Source: Desulfatiglandales bacterium
Lineage (GTDB): Bacteria > Desulfobacterota > DSM-4660 > Desulfatiglandales > Desulfatiglandaceae
Length of the DNA stretch: 64,000 bases
Reading direction: 5' to 3'
NCBI GenBank assembly: GCA_963662465.1
Contig: OY759599.1
Span: 32,001 to 96,000 of the forward strand
The notes under the pieces were generated by a model. That model saw only the letters and a program-made list of their open reading frames with translations, was not told the DNA's origin and did not search any database. Position numbers and translations under genes: made by a program. The first letter of the stretch is position 1. Every line of letters starts with the position of its first letter. Positions 41,776 through 51,888 of this stretch are shown here, one piece after another.

Positions 41776-42052
41776 AGTGGTGTATGGACCGTAACTGGTG
41801 ACTGCTGTTTACATAGCAACTGCTTCATTCCCAAATGCTGAACTTTTATGGGATTACATCCCAAATTCGCAGGTCGGCAGTATCCATATTTTCCCAGCAT
41901 TTAAAAGAAATACGGGAATATCCCAGCATAGGCAAGGGATTGTTAAAGCAATCTCGTTTTGGCTGAATTGAAATTTTATTATGCCCCGATTTTTTGGAGT
42001 TTATTTTATCTGCAAGATTTATACACATATGATCATCAAAACGAAAGGTGTT

Positions 42053-42886
42053 ATGAAGAATCCAAAAATATCAATTTTAACGCCAAATTACAACTATGCG
42101 CAGTACATTGGTAAAACAATTGAAAGTGTAGTTATGCAAGACTACGATAATGTCGAACACATTATTGTTGACGATGGCTCTACTGATAATTCTGTCAGTA
42201 TTATAAAAGGTTATCAAAGACAATACCCTGATAAAATAAAGCTGATACAGCAAGAAAATCAAGGGCAAACAAAAGCATTAAATATTGCGCTGTCAAATGT
42301 TACCGGTGACGTGATCGGATGGTTAAATTCTGATGATACATTTTGCGGATGTGTTTTTCACCAAATCGTTGATATCCTTATAAAACAACAAGCGGTGGAT
42401 GCAGTTTTTGGTGATATTAATATTATTGATAGTGGTAATAATATTATCCGAACAAATAAGTATCTAAAATTTAATTATTTGTCAGCAGTATTTAATGGGT
42501 TCGGTAAAGAAATACCCTCCAATGCAATATTTTGGAGAAGATGTTTATCTGATTCAATTTCTGGGTTTGATGAATTTTATAATTATGGAATGGATTCAGA
42601 ATACTGGTCTAGATTATTGTTGAATAAAAATGTAAAAAAAATAGATTTAATCATTGCAAATTTCCGATGGCACCCATCAGCAAAAACAATTAAGAGTAAA
42701 AATAAAAATGATGAGGGTTTTAATAAACCTTTAGAAGAAAGAAATATAATAATGGAGAAGTCATACAAAAATTTGTTTTTATCAAGACTAATACCCATTA
42801 AATATTCAAAACCAATTTATTATTTTTACAGATTAAGAAGGTTGATTTTAAGAGGTATAAAAGGCGAATATTTTAAAAGGAGCTAA
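42053..42886 (+). CDS. Glycosyltransferase family 2
   Basis: ISILTPNYN, VDDGSTD, WLNSDD. Confidence 0.92.
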   Translation: MKNPKISILTPNYNYAQYIGKTIESVVMQDYDNVEHIIVDDGSTDNSVSIIKGYQRQYPDKIKLIQQENQGQTKALNIALSNVTGDVIGWLNSDDTFCGCVFHQIVDILIKQQAVDAVFGDINIIDSGNNIIRTNKYLKFNYLSAVFNGFGKEIPSNAIFWRRCLSDSISGFDEFYNYGMDSEYWSRLLLNKNVKKIDLIIANFRWHPSAKTIKSKNKNDEGFNKPLEERNIIMEKSYKNLFLSRLIPIKYSKPIYYFYRLRRLILRGIKGEYFKRS

Positions 42887-42934
42887 AGTTTCACAGTTTT
42901 TGAAGTGTTTCAGCTCGATCGTTTAATCTTATCC

Positions 42935-44799
42935 GGGGCTTGGTTCTAACTTCGACCACATCGCCCTAAGCGGCTAATTTCATACGCTTCCTTGGCCTTC
43001 CTGGATAGTCCATTCTATCCAAGAGAAATTTAAATATGTCGTTCGGTTTTGCTTCAAATAATCGTTCGGCTGCTGTTGTTCCATCCCGTCTTTTGACGTA
43101 ATAGTTGTGCATGATTGTAAGCGCTTTCAGATGTCGATTGCTCAGTCGATGAATTCCTTGATGGCGAAGGGCCAGTTGTGCATTCCTCCCTTCAACGCAG
43201 GAACTCGATCTTTGAAAAATCTGCGCACACTCCCGTGCGGCTTTCTCCAGTTCCTCTATTTTGGAATTCGCACTTACTCCACCGCAGTCTTCAAGACTCT
43301 GGACAACCGATAGTAACTCGCTGGCTTTCTTAAGGATTTCTGCTTTGCGATTAATATTTCGCTCCTTACCTGCTGCCAGTTTTAAATAATGGCCCGGGAT
43401 CAGATACTCGTTCATCAGCCACCTGTCAGCATCCGATAACTGCATGTTTTCAATATAAATATCGATCATCTTAAAGAAAAAGGCGATGGTGCTTACCATG
43501 TCGCCCATAACCCGTTGGGCTTTATTAACACGTTCCCTGCACCGATCTGAAAGACCCTTGGTCGCTTCATGGATTTTATCAAAGCAGCCTGACAAAAGGT
43601 GGGAAACTGTTTCACAATCCTGTTTTTGGCCGGATTTCAGGCTGTATGGATGATAGACTGTTCCGATTTCAGCCTTTGCGTCTCGAACCGTTTCGTAATT
43701 TAAGCGAGCTTGTTCTAAATCTTCTTTGACCTGCTGCTCTTCTCGTTTGGCTCGTTCAATCCTTTGTTCAAAATGCGGTCTACGTCCCCGTGGACGTTTT
43801 TCAGCGGTGTCAAATCTCTCTTTTTCGCGTTCTATATTGAGGGTTTGTTTGATCGCGTTCTCATGTTCATTTTCGGCTTTTCTTACTTTTGACATCAAGG
43901 CCCCACAAGTGCCTCTGCCGATTTCATAAATCACATGGAAACAGTCCGGTGAATGATGAACTTTCAGACCCTTCAGGGCATGACTGATCAAACTTCGGCC
44001 CTCGTCACTGGAAACCTGGATAACCTCAACCGGCAATTTGTCGAGCGCATTATAAACAGCTTCATCCCAGGTTTTGGTTTTGCGGTCCATAGCATATTTT
44101 TCAACAAGGATGAAGTTCGAAACCGGCTCGATGGCAACGAGACAGGTTTCAGGATGGAAAGTCTCGTCCTCACAAAGCGTGATTTTTTTTGTCCGCATTT
44201 GCTGAGCAAGTCTTTCACCTTCGATTTCTCCGAACTGGATGACATGATTATCCAGCTGTTCTGAAACTCTGCGTTGAGACGAATAGGATGAAGCTACAAA
44301 TGGAGACAGACCTGATTTCTCCAAAAAATCCACAACATTGTGAATGCTCGCAGTCCCATCTTTTGTAAAAGAGACATGGGCAGCCGTTATCAGCCTGTGT
44401 AAAAATGCAATTCCAGCTGGACTTTCAAAGAACTCAACCAATAAAGGGTCTGCATCGATATTGCTTTTTCTGGCAAGCCAATAGAGCAGCGTCGAACGAG
44501 GGACATCGGCTTTTTCCGAGAAATCACGCTGGCTAATGCTCTGATCCCTCGTTTCATAAGCTGAAACCAGTTTTGCTGCGGCGGCTCTTTCCCATTTATC
44601 TTTTCCCTTTGCTACGCCAAGTAATGTGTTATATGATGTTTCCAAGGCTCGATTTGGTGTTTTTTAAAGAAAATAAATCAGTTGGCACTCATTTATTTTC
44701 TACTATCAAATCGAGCTTAAATTGTCCCGCACTTTCTCGGCCGAAGTCTCTCTATTTATGGTTCCTCCTATCAAGTGGCCGAAGTTAGGACCAAGCCCC
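42935..44799 (-). mobile_element. IS-like element encoding a DUF6399-type transposase
   Basis: ~25-bp IRs GGGGCTTGGTTCTAACTTCGACCAC / GTGGCCGAAGTTAGGACCAAGCCCC; 6-bp duplication TTATCC. Confidence 0.88.
42966..44645 (-). CDS. DUF6399-family putative DDE transposase
   Basis: CEDETFH, SSDEG, HHSPDCFH, FQRSSSCVEGRN, DGTTAAER. Confidence 0.82.
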   Translation of the reverse strand: METSYNTLLGVAKGKDKWERAAAAKLVSAYETRDQSISQRDFSEKADVPRSTLLYWLARKSNIDADPLLVEFFESPAGIAFLHRLITAAHVSFTKDGTASIHNVVDFLEKSGLSPFVASSYSSQRRVSEQLDNHVIQFGEIEGERLAQQMRTKKITLCEDETFHPETCLVAIEPVSNFILVEKYAMDRKTKTWDEAVYNALDKLPVEVIQVSSDEGRSLISHALKGLKVHHSPDCFHVIYEIGRGTCGALMSKVRKAENEHENAIKQTLNIEREKERFDTAEKRPRGRRPHFEQRIERAKREEQQVKEDLEQARLNYETVRDAKAEIGTVYHPYSLKSGQKQDCETVSHLLSGCFDKIHEATKGLSDRCRERVNKAQRVMGDMVSTIAFFFKMIDIYIENMQLSDADRWLMNEYLIPGHYLKLAAGKERNINRKAEILKKASELLSVVQSLEDCGGVSANSKIEELEKAARECAQIFQRSSSCVEGRNAQLALRHQGIHRLSNRHLKALTIMHNYYVKRRDGTTAAERLFEAKPNDIFKFLLDRMDYPGRPRKRMKLAA

Positions 44800-44975
44800 T
44801 TATCCGATATTTTCTTTCGAAACACCAAAAAGTGGCACGAAATTTGAAAAATTTTGCAAATTATATGCCAATATTTTCAGGTAGTTACGTCAATTTTTTG
44901 TTTGAACTTCGTCCCTTTTCATGATAGAATATGCGCAAAACTTGTTGATATTCCAATGAAAAGGAGTGATTCGAA

Positions 44976-45533
44976 ATGTTCATTTTAAATAACATCCTTG
45001 GCCCCTTGCAGAAAGCATTTTCATCCACTAATCTCGGCAAGGAACGAAGCCACTTGTTTACTTACGCTATTTTGGCATTCATCGTCCCTTTTACCTCCTC
45101 TATCTCTTCAAATATTTTTCGGTGCATCAATACCCTGTTTGGCCTGAATGTGAACCGGCGTCGATTCTACACATTCATGGCATCCAAAAAACTTCCATGG
45201 GATAAACTGTGGTCCATCTTGTGGAGTATGATTCCAAATCCGTTGTCGGATGGACGATTGCTGGTTGCTTTGGATGATTTTATCAACCCCAAAACAGGCA
45301 GAAAGATCTTCGGCTGTTCTCACATCTTCGATCATGCTGCCAAGACCAATCAATCTAAATATCCTTGGGCTCAGAATGTGGTTCTTATTGGGCTTTTGAA
45401 GCGCATTAAAGGACGCTGGGCATGTCTGCCTCTTGCCCACAAATTCTACATGCCGAAAAAGGCCATTGAGGCAAAGTCAGACAACATGAAGATCCCCGGT
45501 AAAGAGACCCTGTTCCAAACTAAAAAGGAGTAG
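44976..45533 (+). pseudogene. Truncated DDE (IS701-like) transposase
   Basis: LLVALDDFINPKTGRKIFG; ends abruptly before the GT gene. Confidence 0.7.
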
Positions 45534-45536
45534 TTT

Positions 45537-46640
45537 ATGAACAAAATTCTTCTTTTTATAAAAACACCCCCTCCCACCACTGGTGCAACCCTCATGAACA
45601 AAAGAGTTCATGATAGTGGGTTAATAAAAAAATCATTTGCTATTCGATCGATTTGTATTAGTTACATGCAAAATCTAAATGAAATGGGGAAATGGAACAT
45701 TTCAAAATTATTCAAAATTATTTCAGTTTGTAAGGAATTGTTATTTGAGCTCTGGTTTTATCAGCCCGTTTTTGTTTATTTTCAATTGTCACCCCATGGA
45801 TTTGCATTTTTCCGGGATTTGTTTTTTGTAACGATTATCAAGATGTATAGAGTAAGAATACTTTTTCATATGCGCGGTAAGGGTATTAAGCACAAATCAG
45901 ATCTTAAGAAGTTGTTTTATAGATATTGTTTTAAAAATGAATATGTTATTTGCTTATCATCTCTTTTGGTAAATGATATTGAGGATGTTTACAGTGGAAA
46001 AATCTTTACTGTACCTAACGGCATACCGGATTTAACAACAGATAGTGACACAAAAAAAATAAATTCTCCTATTAGAATACTTTTTTTATCTAACCTGATT
46101 AAATCAAAAGGTATATTCGACTTTATCGAAGCTTTACAGATTCTCAATAAAAAAGGATATGAATTTGAAGGCTGGATAGTCGGCGCTGAAGCTGATCTAT
46201 CTGCAGATAACTTAAATACGAAATTAATTGATTATGGTATTTCTGACAAAGTTAAATATGTTGGCGCAAAATACGGTGAAGAAAAGAACAAAATTTGGAC
46301 GTCATGTGACATTTTAATTTTCCCAACGACAAACGATATTTGGGGCAATGTATTATTAGAAGCCATGCAGTTTAGTTTGCCTGTCATCGCAACAAATGAA
46401 GGAGCAATACCCGAGATAATAGATGATGGGGTAAATGGATATGTAATAGATCAAAAAGCACCCGATCGAATTGCCAGAAAGCTTGAAATACTTATTAGAA
46501 GCCCTGATATGATTACCAAAATGGGTGAAGCAGGCAGAAAAAAATATATAGAAAACTATACAATTGATAAATTTGAAAACAACATGAAGAATGTTTTTAA
46601 GAATGTTATTAAGGAGATAATTGAAAATAGAAATGTCTAA
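45537..46640 (+). CDS. Glycosyltransferase family 4
   Basis: LFLSNL..SKG, LLEAMQ..LPVIAT.EG.IPEI. Confidence 0.9.
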   Translation: MNKILLFIKTPPPTTGATLMNKRVHDSGLIKKSFAIRSICISYMQNLNEMGKWNISKLFKIISVCKELLFELWFYQPVFVYFQLSPHGFAFFRDLFFVTIIKMYRVRILFHMRGKGIKHKSDLKKLFYRYCFKNEYVICLSSLLVNDIEDVYSGKIFTVPNGIPDLTTDSDTKKINSPIRILFLSNLIKSKGIFDFIEALQILNKKGYEFEGWIVGAEADLSADNLNTKLIDYGISDKVKYVGAKYGEEKNKIWTSCDILIFPTTNDIWGNVLLEAMQFSLPVIATNEGAIPEIIDDGVNGYVIDQKAPDRIARKLEILIRSPDMITKMGEAGRKKYIENYTIDKFENNMKNVFKNVIKEIIENRNV

Positions 46641-47676
46641 ATCAAAAACTTTATTAATCACCGGTGGCAGCGGCTCCTTCGGCAACGCCGTCCTGCGACG
46701 TTTTTTACAATCAGATTTATTTTCAGAAATCCGGATTTTTTCCAGAGATGAAAAGAAGCAGGACGACATGCGGCAGTTTTACCGCAATGACCGGATCAAA
46801 TATTATATCGGAGATGTGCGCAGCGACCGCAGCATCAGGACTGCCATGCAAGGGGTGGATTATGTATTTAATGCGGCAGCGCTCAAACAGGTGCCCTCCT
46901 GCGAGTTTTTCCCCACAGAGGCGGTGCGCACCAATGTCATGGGGCTGGAAAACGTAATTGATGCGGCCCTGGACAGCGGCGTGCAGAAAATGATTTGCCT
47001 GAGTACGGACAAGGCAGTTTATCCCATCAATGCCATGGGCATGACCAAGGCATTGGGTGAAAAGGTTATGGTGGCCAAGTCGAGACAGCTTAACGGCAAC
47101 GGCACTTTGCTTTGCGGGACCCGGTACGGCAATGTCATGGCCTCACGGGGCAGTGTGATTCCCTTGTTTGTCAACCAGATCAAGGGAAAACAGCCCCTGA
47201 CCATAACTGATCCGAGCATGACCCGGTTCATGATGACCCTGGAAGATGCGGTGGAGCTGGTGTTGTTTGCTTTTGAACACGGCAATCCCGGTGATATTTT
47301 CGTCCAGAAAGCCCCGGCTGCAACCATTGCGGTTCTGGCCCAGGCACTTCTTGAGCTTTATGATTCGGACAACAAAATACGGATCATCGGCACCCGGCAC
47401 GGGGAAAAACTCTATGAATCACTGGTCAGCCGGGAGGAGATTGCAAAGGCAGAGGACCTGGGGGATTATTACCGGATACCGGCAGACACCAGGGATCTCA
47501 ATTACGGCAAGTACTTTTCCGAGGGTGATGAAAAAATTTCTGCGGCCGAGGAATACACCTCGCACAATACCCAGCGACTGGATGTCAAAGGAACTAAAGA
47601 ACTGCTTTTAAAACTGCAATTTATCCGCCGGGATGTGTTGGGTGAAAAAAACCAGGAAACCGTGTATGAGCCTTAA
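46633..47676 (+). CDS. fnlA: UDP-GlcNAc 4,6-dehydratase/epimerase (FnlA/WbjB/Cap5E)
   Basis: GGSGSFG, SRDEKKQ, ALKQVPSCEF, STDKAVYPINAMG, RYGNVMASRGSV. Confidence 0.92.
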   Translation: MSKSKTLLITGGSGSFGNAVLRRFLQSDLFSEIRIFSRDEKKQDDMRQFYRNDRIKYYIGDVRSDRSIRTAMQGVDYVFNAAALKQVPSCEFFPTEAVRTNVMGLENVIDAALDSGVQKMICLSTDKAVYPINAMGMTKALGEKVMVAKSRQLNGNGTLLCGTRYGNVMASRGSVIPLFVNQIKGKQPLTITDPSMTRFMMTLEDAVELVLFAFEHGNPGDIFVQKAPAATIAVLAQALLELYDSDNKIRIIGTRHGEKLYESLVSREEIAKAEDLGDYYRIPADTRDLNYGKYFSEGDEKISAAEEYTSHNTQRLDVKGTKELLLKLQFIRRDVLGEKNQETVYEP

Positions 47677-47720
47677 GATATCTTTAAAAAACGATAAAAT
47701 ACAAAATTTTTGAGTAACCC

Positions 47721-48848
47721 ATGGTTAAAAAAATCGGAATTACCGGTCAGAGCGGTTTTATCGGCACCCATCTGTACAACACTCTGGGTCTGGAGCCAGA
47801 AAAATTTCAGCGTGTACCTTTTGACCGTTCTATCTTTGAGGATAGCGCCCGGCTTGAACAGTTTGTCTCCCAGTGCGATGTGATAGTTCACCTTGCAGCC
47901 TTGAATCGACACAACGACCCCCGGACCATCTACGACACTAACCTGGACCTGGTAAAACACCTGATTCAGGCTATGGAATCAACCCATTCCAAACCCCATT
48001 TGCTCTTTGCCTCATCCATCCAGGAGGAAAAGGAAAACCCCTATGGTCGTTCCAAAAAAGAAGGCCGAATGCTGCTTGAGCAATGGGCAGTCCAAAATCG
48101 GGCCTGTTTCACAGGCCTGATCATGCCCAACGTGTTTGGTCCATTCGGCCACCCCTATTATAACTCAGTGGTGGCCACCTTCTGCCATCAACTGACCCAT
48201 AACGAACAGCCTGAAATCGACATAGATGGAGAGCTAAAACTCATTTACGTGGCCGAGCTGGTACAAACCATTATTACCCATATCAACAATCCACAATCCA
48301 CAATCACCAATCACCAAATCCCACACACATCCACCATCAAAGTTTCCCGTTTATTGGATAAGCTCACAACTTACAAGCAGGCGTATTTTGACAGGCAGAT
48401 CATCCCGGAGATCCGAGACCCCTTTGACCGGAACCTGTTTAACACCTTTGTCTGCTATATTGATCATAAGTCATTTTATCCGGGGAAGCTTGTGCCGCAC
48501 ACGGATCAGCGGGGCAGTTTTGTGGAGGTGCTAAAACTCGACAACACCGGTGGGCAGGTGTCTTTTTCCACTACAGTTCCGGGTATTACCCGGGGCAACC
48601 ATTTCCATATCCGCAAGTTTGAACGATTTGCTGTGATCAAGGGCAGAGCCAGAATTGATTTGCGCAGGGTCGCCACAGAGGAGGTTCTGTCCTTTGAAAT
48701 GAACGGGGAAAAGCCTTCGTTTGTTGACATGCCCATCTGGTTTACGCACAATATAACCAATATCGGAGATGATGAGGTATATACCTTATTCTGGATCAGT
48801 GAATTTTATGATCCAGATAATGGGGATACGTATTTTGAAAAGGTGTAA
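47721..48848 (+). CDS. fnlB: FnlB/WbjC/Cap5F reductase-cupin
   Basis: ITGQSGFIG, PYYNSVVATFC, D.RGSF.E, RGNHFH. Confidence 0.88.
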   Translation: MVKKIGITGQSGFIGTHLYNTLGLEPEKFQRVPFDRSIFEDSARLEQFVSQCDVIVHLAALNRHNDPRTIYDTNLDLVKHLIQAMESTHSKPHLLFASSIQEEKENPYGRSKKEGRMLLEQWAVQNRACFTGLIMPNVFGPFGHPYYNSVVATFCHQLTHNEQPEIDIDGELKLIYVAELVQTIITHINNPQSTITNHQIPHTSTIKVSRLLDKLTTYKQAYFDRQIIPEIRDPFDRNLFNTFVCYIDHKSFYPGKLVPHTDQRGSFVEVLKLDNTGGQVSFSTTVPGITRGNHFHIRKFERFAVIKGRARIDLRRVATEEVLSFEMNGEKPSFVDMPIWFTHNITNIGDDEVYTLFWISEFYDPDNGDTYFEKV

Positions 48849-48851
48849 TTA

Positions 48852-49120
48852 TAGCCACAAGAAGACCCAAAAAGTGCAAAATGGTTTAAGTTGGTTAGGA
48901 ATAAAGACGACATATCCAGACTTGCCGATCTCATCAGAGAAACGAGTTTTGAGCTGCGTGGGTATTTACGTCATGGACATTTGGAGAAAATATATGAAAA
49001 TGGGCTGGCCCACCGATTGCGAAAACAGTAAATAATCGTCGAACATCAAGTTTTTTGTATATGGGCTTTTGAAGATATTTTTTCTTGTAATTTTGTGCTG
49101 TTTGTGTCTTTTCGCGGCTA
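48852..49120 (+). pseudogene. GxxExxY gene remnant flanked by inverted 9-mer arms
   Basis: 48891-49031 translates ...LRHGHLEKIYENGLAHRLRKQ*; arms 48852-48882 and 49090-49120 match at 24/31 in inverted orientation. Confidence 0.8.
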
Positions 49121-49136
49121 AAGAGGTTATGAAAAC

Positions 49137-50264
49137 ATGAAAGTAATGACGGTAGTAGGTACACGCCCTGAGATCATTCGCCTTTCCAGGGTCATGGCCA
49201 GGCTTGACGAACATCTGGATCATATCATGGTGCACACCGGCCAGAATTATGACTATGAGCTGAACCAGATTTTTTTTGACGAGCTGGGTATCCGTAACCC
49301 TGATTTCTTCCTGGAGAGCGCCCAGCCCGGCAGCACAGCCTGCCAAACAGTGGGTGCGGTTATCGCCAAAGTGGACGAGGTGTTGGCAGAAGTTCAGCCC
49401 GATGCCATGCTGGTGCTGGGAGACACCAACTCCTGCCTGGCTGCCTACCCGGCCAAACGTCGTAAAATTCCGGTATTTCACATGGAAGCCGGCAACCGCT
49501 GCTTTGATCAGCGGGTGCCCGAAGAGATCAACCGCAAAATTATCGACCATATCAGTGATATCAATCTTCCCTACAGCAGCATTGCCAGGGAATACCTGTT
49601 GCGTGAAGGCTTTCCGCCGGATCGAATTATCAAGACCGGCAGCCCCATGTTTGAAGTGCTGGCTCATTACCGGCCTCGCATTGAGGCATCGGATGTCTTG
49701 AACCGCCTGAATTTGAAATCGGATGATTATTTTCTGGTCAGTGTTCATCGGGAAGAAAACATAGATGATCCGGCCCAGTTTGCTAAACTGGTAGCGTGTC
49801 TGAATGCCATTGCCGATCTATATGACCTGCGGATAATCGTTTCCACCCATCCCCGTACCCGAAACCGCATCGAGACAACAGCGGCAAAGATTCATTCCAA
49901 AGTGGAATTTTTAAAACCCTTGGGTTTTCTCGATTATGTCCATTTGCAGACCCAGGCCCGGGCCACACTATCGGATTCTGGGACCATCAGCGAGGAAAGC
50001 TCAATCCTGAATTTTCCGGCCCTCAACATCCGCAACGCCCATGAGCGGCCCGAAGCCATGGAAGAAGGGGCAGTGATGATGACCGGCCTTGAGCCGGACC
50101 GGGTACTCCAGGGACTGGAAATTTTAAAGACCCAACCCAGGGGAAAAGATCGGACCTTTAGGCTGGTGGAAGATTATAATGTACCCAATGTATCGGACAA
50201 GGTTCTGCGGATTATTGTCGGCTACGCGGATTATGTTAGACGCTATGTGTGGCACAGGGAGTAA
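49137..50264 (+). CDS. fnlC: Non-hydrolysing UDP-HexNAc 2-epimerase (FnlC/WbjD/Cap5G)
   Basis: VGTRPEIIRL, HTGQNYDYELN, HMEAGNRCFD, SDSGT. Confidence 0.92.
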   Translation: MKVMTVVGTRPEIIRLSRVMARLDEHLDHIMVHTGQNYDYELNQIFFDELGIRNPDFFLESAQPGSTACQTVGAVIAKVDEVLAEVQPDAMLVLGDTNSCLAAYPAKRRKIPVFHMEAGNRCFDQRVPEEINRKIIDHISDINLPYSSIAREYLLREGFPPDRIIKTGSPMFEVLAHYRPRIEASDVLNRLNLKSDDYFLVSVHREENIDDPAQFAKLVACLNAIADLYDLRIIVSTHPRTRNRIETTAAKIHSKVEFLKPLGFLDYVHLQTQARATLSDSGTISEESSILNFPALNIRNAHERPEAMEEGAVMMTGLEPDRVLQGLEILKTQPRGKDRTFRLVEDYNVPNVSDKVLRIIVGYADYVRRYVWHRE

Positions 50265-50269
50265 CCTGC

Positions 50270-50689
50270 ATGGACGTAAAACTTATACCCGGTGGGCTGC
50301 ATGTGGATGAAAGAGGCATTGTCGCTTTTGTTAATGATTTTGATTTCAATGGCGTGGAACGCTTTTACACCATCAAGGCACACAAAGCAGGAGAACCCAG
50401 AGGCTGGATCGGCCACAAACGGGAGCATAAATGGTTCATGGCTCTGGTTGGCACCCTGGTGGTTGCTGTGGTGGCGCCGGATGACTGGGAAAACCCTTCC
50501 AGAGATCTTCCGGTTCAAAGATACACCCTGTCCGCTCTGAAGCCGACAGTTCTCCATGTTCCGCCTGGCTGTGCTACTGCGTCTATCATGCTCACACATG
50601 ATGCTTTGATGGGAATTTTTTCTTCCGGAAAAATTGAAACTGCAGCCGAGGACGACTGGCGGTTTGATGGGAATATGTGGGCGGTTTAG
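50270..50689 (+). CDS. Cupin sugar epimerase/isomerase
   Basis: HVDERG, RFY, RGW.GH..E.KWF, LHVP.G. Confidence 0.78.
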   Translation: MDVKLIPGGLHVDERGIVAFVNDFDFNGVERFYTIKAHKAGEPRGWIGHKREHKWFMALVGTLVVAVVAPDDWENPSRDLPVQRYTLSALKPTVLHVPPGCATASIMLTHDALMGIFSSGKIETAAEDDWRFDGNMWAV

Positions 50690-50908
50690 GATGGCGGTAG
50701 GCAAATTATGGAACGATCGGATGTCCGGGATGCTGGTACGATCATCCTGACTGAGTTCGATCCTATGCCATAATGCAGTCTATTAACTTCGTCATAAAAA
50801 GATTCGAGTTTAAAAAATGTAATGGTAGGATAACGGAACGTTATCATATAGATAGTGCTTCCCAGTGGGTGCTAAAATTGACTCAAAAAATATGAAATTG
50901 GGGAATAT

Positions 50909-51715
50909 ATGGGCGGGGATACGAAACAGGTAAAAATCGAAAAAAGGAATTTTCTTGGGTTAAGTGTATCGGTGTTTGAAAAGGAGCAACTGGTTGATTT
51001 TATAATTGAAACAGTTCGTACCCGTCAAAAAGCTATCTTATACGGATACAGTTTCGGGACTTTATTTCAAATAAAAGAATACCCTGAAATATTCTTTTCA
51101 AGTGAAAAGAGTGATGTCATCGTAACCGATGGCCGGCTTTTTTACCTTTTTGCAAAATGGCATGGAATTCCACTTAAACATGATATTTCAATTCCCAATT
51201 TAGTTCTACTTGTGTTGGAGTTGGCCAACAAAGATAATTGGAGTGTTTACTTACTGGGTGCAGAAGACCATACAAATAAGTTGGCACAAGAAAATATTAG
51301 AAATAAGTATAATAATATCAAACACGTTAGTGGGCACCATGGATATTTCGGAAACGGTAAAAATGATTCTGTTATTAATGATATTAATTCGAATAATATC
51401 AATATTTTATTGATTGGAATATCCTCACCCAAAAAAGAAATTATTGCTGCGTCTTGGAAAGATGAACTAAACACCAACATTATTATTCCTTGCGGGGGAA
51501 TGATAGATGTTTTGGCAGGTCAAACAAGGCTTGTTCCAAAATGGATAAAAAAAATTGGCCTTGCTTCTGTTTTTCGACTACTTCAAGAACCAAAAAGATT
51601 GTTTAAAAGATATTTAGGTATTTATTTGTTTCTTATTTTTCGATTGATTCCAACCTATGCATACAGAGTAGTATTAAAACGTGATAAGCATTATTCTTTT
51701 ATTCACAACAATTAG
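50909..51715 (+). CDS. WecB/TagA/CpsF glycosyltransferase
   Basis: VTDG, YLLG, HHGYF, G.SSPKKE, GG..D, QEPKRL..RY. Confidence 0.9.
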   Translation: MGGDTKQVKIEKRNFLGLSVSVFEKEQLVDFIIETVRTRQKAILYGYSFGTLFQIKEYPEIFFSSEKSDVIVTDGRLFYLFAKWHGIPLKHDISIPNLVLLVLELANKDNWSVYLLGAEDHTNKLAQENIRNKYNNIKHVSGHHGYFGNGKNDSVINDINSNNINILLIGISSPKKEIIAASWKDELNTNIIIPCGGMIDVLAGQTRLVPKWIKKIGLASVFRLLQEPKRLFKRYLGIYLFLIFRLIPTYAYRVVLKRDKHYSFIHNN

Positions 51716-51888
51716 TTTTTCAAGGTCACAGAGTTGCTGAACATGCGTGACCTAAAGGTAGGATGGAAAAAACGGCGTGCAAGCATAATTTCCGAAAAGG
51801 TCGATATCCTCGATTTTATATCCGACTTATTGCTTCCTTATCCAGAGAGAAAGCTTCTCTCGAATAAAAATTCTTGTAGGATTTTAAT

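Noticed and set aside
48966..49748. 260-aa minus-strand ORF and similar shadow ORFs (83..634, 17455..17901, 21691..22155)
   Set aside because: They are antisense to well-supported genes and lack recognisable motifs.
51730..51880. Possible C-terminal scrap of a DUF354-like gene
   Set aside because: The resemblance (WKKRRASIISEKVDI) is too short to support a call.
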